In this document: one piece after another, positions 60,970 to 64,000 of the stretch
Position numbering within the stretch: position 1 is the stretch's first letter
Layout: every line of letters starts with the position of its first letter
Assembly: GCA_965249285.1 (NCBI GenBank)
Contig: OZ252226.1
Coordinates: 1,788,302-1,852,301 of the forward strand
Source of the DNA: Candidatus Foliamicus sp.
GTDB taxonomy: Bacteria; Pseudomonadota; Gammaproteobacteria; Steroidobacterales; Foliamicaceae
Direction: 5' to 3'
DNA length: 64,000 bases
Position numbers and translations under genes: made by a program
Notes under the pieces: model-generated
Told to the model about the DNA's origin: nothing
Databases searched by the model: none
The model's input: only the letters and a program-made list of their open reading frames with translations

Positions 60970-62511
60970 CTAGCCGAGGATCAATTTGGCCAATGGCGGT
61001 TGCGAGTCATCGTCGGCGGCCAGGCGCTTGGCATGTTCTACCCCCCACTGGTCAAAGGGATTCACGCCCAGCAACGCCGCCTGCACAAAAACCTTGTGCT
61101 CGTACCAGGCGATCAGGCCGCCAAGGTGCATGGGATCCAGCGTCTTGAGCAGCAGCACGCTGGAGGGCCGGCCGCCGGGCAGAGTCTTGTGGACCGCGAG
61201 AGGGTCCGATGCGATTTCGCTCTCGGCCAGGCCGCGGGCCATGGTTTCGGCCTGGGCCAGCATCTGGCGCAAGGCCTCCGCGTGCATCCCGGGATAGGCT
61301 CCACCGCTTCGGCGCACGGCGACGAAGTCCGCAGATACGGTGCTCGCTCCCTGCTGCGCCCATTGCATGATGGAATGCTGCGCGCTGGATCCGGTAACTC
61401 CCCACAGTGCCGCCACGCCCTTCACCGCCAGCGGAGTCCCTCGCGCGTCCTTGCTCTTGCCCAGGCTCTCCAGCTCCAGTTGCTGAAGATAGCCGGGAAG
61501 TAGGGCCAGGCGCGTGTCGTAGGGCAACTGGAGTTGGCTGGAGCAACCCAGAAACGACTGGTTCCAGAGCGCAAATAGCGCCATCAGCACCGGCAGGTTA
61601 CGGTCAGGCGGCGCCTGGAGAAAATGCTCGTCCAGCCATCGGCCCCCGGCGAGGAATTCGTTCATCCGGGCGCTGCCGAGTGCAATCCAGGCGCTCAGGC
61701 CGGCGGCCGACCACACCGAATAGCGTCCGCCCACGCCGTCGGGCATGACAAATTGCATTTCCGGATCGATGCCCCAGGAGGTCATGGCCTGCGGGTTGGA
61801 GGAAACGGCTGCGAATTGCCGGGCCGGGGCCTCCTCGCCCTGCCTGGCCACCAGCCAGTGGCGCGCCGAATAGGCGTTGGCCATCGTCTCCGTGGTGGAG
61901 AAACTCTTCGAGCACACCACCAACAGGGTCTCTTCGGGGACGGCCTCCGCCAGGGCGCGTTGCAGCTCCACGCCATCCATTTCGGACACGAATTTCACCG
62001 CCAGACTGCCGTCATCCGCCAGCGCCGAGCACAATAGCCGGGGCCCTAGATCGGATCCCCCGATACCGATATTGACCAGGCGAGTAAGCGGCCTGCCCCG
62101 GAGTCCCTTGACCTCGCCGGCCCGAAATCGCTCGGCAAAGGCAATTACTCGTTGACGTTCTTTCGCCAGAACGGGGTCGCGAGGATCCACCGCCCGGGCG
62201 TCCGGATGCACGGCGGCCCGATTCTCGCTGGGATTCACAACCTCGCCGTTGAACAGGGCGGCCCGCGCCGCCGGAATATTGCGCGCTTCGACCAGCTTCA
62301 GGAGAAGCCGGAGCGTCTCGGCCGTTACCTTCTGGCGGCTGAAGTCCAGCAACAATTCAGCCCCGCCCGGGCCCTCCTCGCACAGCGAGAATTCGCCAAA
62401 CCGCCCCGGCGTGTCCAGTAGATCGCCAAGACGCCAATCGCCGGCCCCGACTGCATGCTGGGTAAGCGCGGTCCACTCCGGCAGCTGGTCAACCGGCGGA
62501 CTATTCCTCAT
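60970..62511 (-). CDS. pgi: Glucose-6-phosphate isomerase
   Basis: GIGGSDLG, SKSFST.ET, VGGRYSVWS, QQLELESLGK, FDQWGVE. Confidence 0.95.
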   Translation of the reverse strand: MRNSPPVDQLPEWTALTQHAVGAGDWRLGDLLDTPGRFGEFSLCEEGPGGAELLLDFSRQKVTAETLRLLLKLVEARNIPAARAALFNGEVVNPSENRAAVHPDARAVDPRDPVLAKERQRVIAFAERFRAGEVKGLRGRPLTRLVNIGIGGSDLGPRLLCSALADDGSLAVKFVSEMDGVELQRALAEAVPEETLLVVCSKSFSTTETMANAYSARHWLVARQGEEAPARQFAAVSSNPQAMTSWGIDPEMQFVMPDGVGGRYSVWSAAGLSAWIALGSARMNEFLAGGRWLDEHFLQAPPDRNLPVLMALFALWNQSFLGCSSQLQLPYDTRLALLPGYLQQLELESLGKSKDARGTPLAVKGVAALWGVTGSSAQHSIMQWAQQGASTVSADFVAVRRSGGAYPGMHAEALRQMLAQAETMARGLAESEIASDPLAVHKTLPGGRPSSVLLLKTLDPMHLGGLIAWYEHKVFVQAALLGVNPFDQWGVEHAKRLAADDDSQPPLAKLILG

Positions 62512-62532
62512 GACGACGCTGCCGGGTCCGGC

Positions 62533-64000
62533 CTACAAGCGGTAGATGATCGCAAGCAGGCCGGTGATGGTCATGACGATGGTGTAAGGCAGCGCCATCA
62601 GCACCATGCGTCCATAGCTGAGACGAATCGCCGGCGCCAGCGAAGAGGTCAGCAGGAACAGGAAGGCCGCCTGTCCATTGGGAGTGCCCACGCTGGGGAT
62701 ATTGGTGCCGGTGTTGATGGCAACCACCATCAGCTCAAACTGGGCGCGATCCAACAGCCCGTCGAACAGCGCCTGCTTGACCTCTCCGATATACACCGTG
62801 GCCACGAACACGTTGTCGCTGATAATCGACAGCAACCCGTTGGCCAGGTACATGAGCGCCAACTGTTCGGTCCCTTCCCGCGTAAAAATCATTTCGGTGA
62901 CCGGCTTGAACAGTTTCTGGTCATAGATCACCGCAACGATGCCGAAGAACACCACCAGCAGCGCGGTAAACGGCAGGGCCTCCTGAAAGGCCTTGCCGAG
63001 ACGGTGCTCCTCGGTCACCCCGGAGAAGGCCGTAGCCAGCACAATGACCATCAGGCCGATCAGTCCGACTTCGGTATGGTGGAACTGATGCAGGCTGAGC
63101 GCCACGATAAGGACGACCGCCGCGATTCCCTGCGCCACGAGCGCCGCGTTCTGGGCCGGCGTGCGAGCATCGGCGGCTTCCTGGTCGGAGCGCTCGAGCA
63201 GTTTGCGCACCGGGGCGCTCAAGCGGGTCCCGTAACCGAACCAACCGGTCCATTCCAGCACTACACAGGTCAAAAGGCCCATCACCAGCACCGGGATCGT
63301 GACCGGGGCCATGGTCACGAAGAATTGACCGAAGTTCCAGCCTTCTTCGCCGAAGGCGCGACCGGCTTCCTTGGCAAGCAGAAGATTCTGCGGCTCGCCA
63401 ACCAGGGTAGTGACTCCGCCCAGCGCCGTGCCGACCGCGGCGTGCATCATCAGGCCCCGCAGGAACGACCGGAATTGGCGTATTTCCTGCATCCTGTCTT
63501 CGGGGACCTGCGAGTCATCATTCAAGCTCCCGACCGCCTTGCCGTCGCGGAACTCACTTACCACATCGTGATAAATGCGGTAGAAGCCGATCGCCACGGT
63601 GATGACCACCGCGGTGACGGTCAGCGCATCCAGATAGGCCGACAGCACCGCGGCCACGCCGCAGAACAGCAGCGCCAGCAGCCACTTCGCCCGCACCCCG
63701 AGCAGAATGCGGGTGAACACGTACAGCAGCATCTCCTTCATGAAGAAAATGCCGGCCACCATGAAGATCAGCAACAGGATGACCGGGAAATTGTCCAGCG
63801 TCTTGGTATAGAGGGTGGCCGGGGAGGTCATACCCATCAGCACCGCCTCGATCGCCAGCAGGCCTCCAGGTTGCAAGGGATAGCAACGCAAGGCCATCGC
63901 CAGGGTGAAAATGAACTCCAGCACCAGCAACCAGGCGGTAAAGAACTTTGCGTCCGGCGCCAGGAACCACAGCAGCGGGTTTATCACCAGGAATGCGATG
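62533..64000 (-). CDS. nhaB: Na+/H+ antiporter NhaB; 5' end outside the window
   Basis: [56 protein letters not shown]. Confidence 0.95.
   Translation of the reverse strand, partial: IAFLVINPLLWFLAPDAKFFTAWLLVLEFIFTLAMALRCYPLQPGGLLAIEAVLMGMTSPATLYTKTLDNFPVILLLIFMVAGIFFMKEMLLYVFTRILLGVRAKWLLALLFCGVAAVLSAYLDALTVTAVVITVAIGFYRIYHDVVSEFRDGKAVGSLNDDSQVPEDRMQEIRQFRSFLRGLMMHAAVGTALGGVTTLVGEPQNLLLAKEAGRAFGEEGWNFGQFFVTMAPVTIPVLVMGLLTCVVLEWTGWFGYGTRLSAPVRKLLERSDQEAADARTPAQNAALVAQGIAAVVLIVALSLHQFHHTEVGLIGLMVIVLATAFSGVTEEHRLGKAFQEALPFTALLVVFFGIVAVIYDQKLFKPVTEMIFTREGTEQLALMYLANGLLSIISDNVFVATVYIGEVKQALFDGLLDRAQFELMVVAINTGTNIPSVGTPNGQAAFLFLLTSSLAPAIRLSYGRMVLMALPYTIVMTITGLLAIIYRL

Overview
A GC-rich gammaproteobacterial chromosome segment made mostly of housekeeping genes, largely on the minus strand. 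In transcription order the main blocks are: rpsB-tsf-pyrH-frr-uppS-cdsA-rseP-bamA-skp-lpxD-lpxA-lpxB-rnhB-dnaE-[TonB receptor]-accA-[DUF1838]-tilS-pyrG-kdsA-eno-ftsB-surE-pcm-yqaA-nlpD-acyl-CoA ligase-Mth938-prfB; map-glnD; purM-purN-DUF3108-dcd; rnpB; dps-csrA-tRNA-Ser; gltX with three tRNAs; and nhaB-pgi-ugd-manB. No CRISPR array, prophage or intact transposase is visible. The most unusual features are: (1) one 429-aa ORF joining a CDP-alcohol phosphatidyltransferase to the DnaA inactivator Hda; (2) a pyrG leader that copies the architecture of the enterobacterial pyrC CTP-sensing start-site switch; (3) UDP-glucose dehydrogenase fused to a ManC-type phosphomannose isomerase cupin; (4) dxr, ispD/ispF/truD, fabZ and rpoS missing from their usual slots; (5) a modular REP/REPIN-like family with about 12 copies, plus a second hairpin family with a conserved core and unrelated arms; (6) a 167-bp TGT...ACA MITE at the frr stop codon; (7) a 9 x 36-bp tandem repeat in rpsB; (8) rseP with no canonical start codon. 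All protein calls are motif recognition by eye, not database searches.
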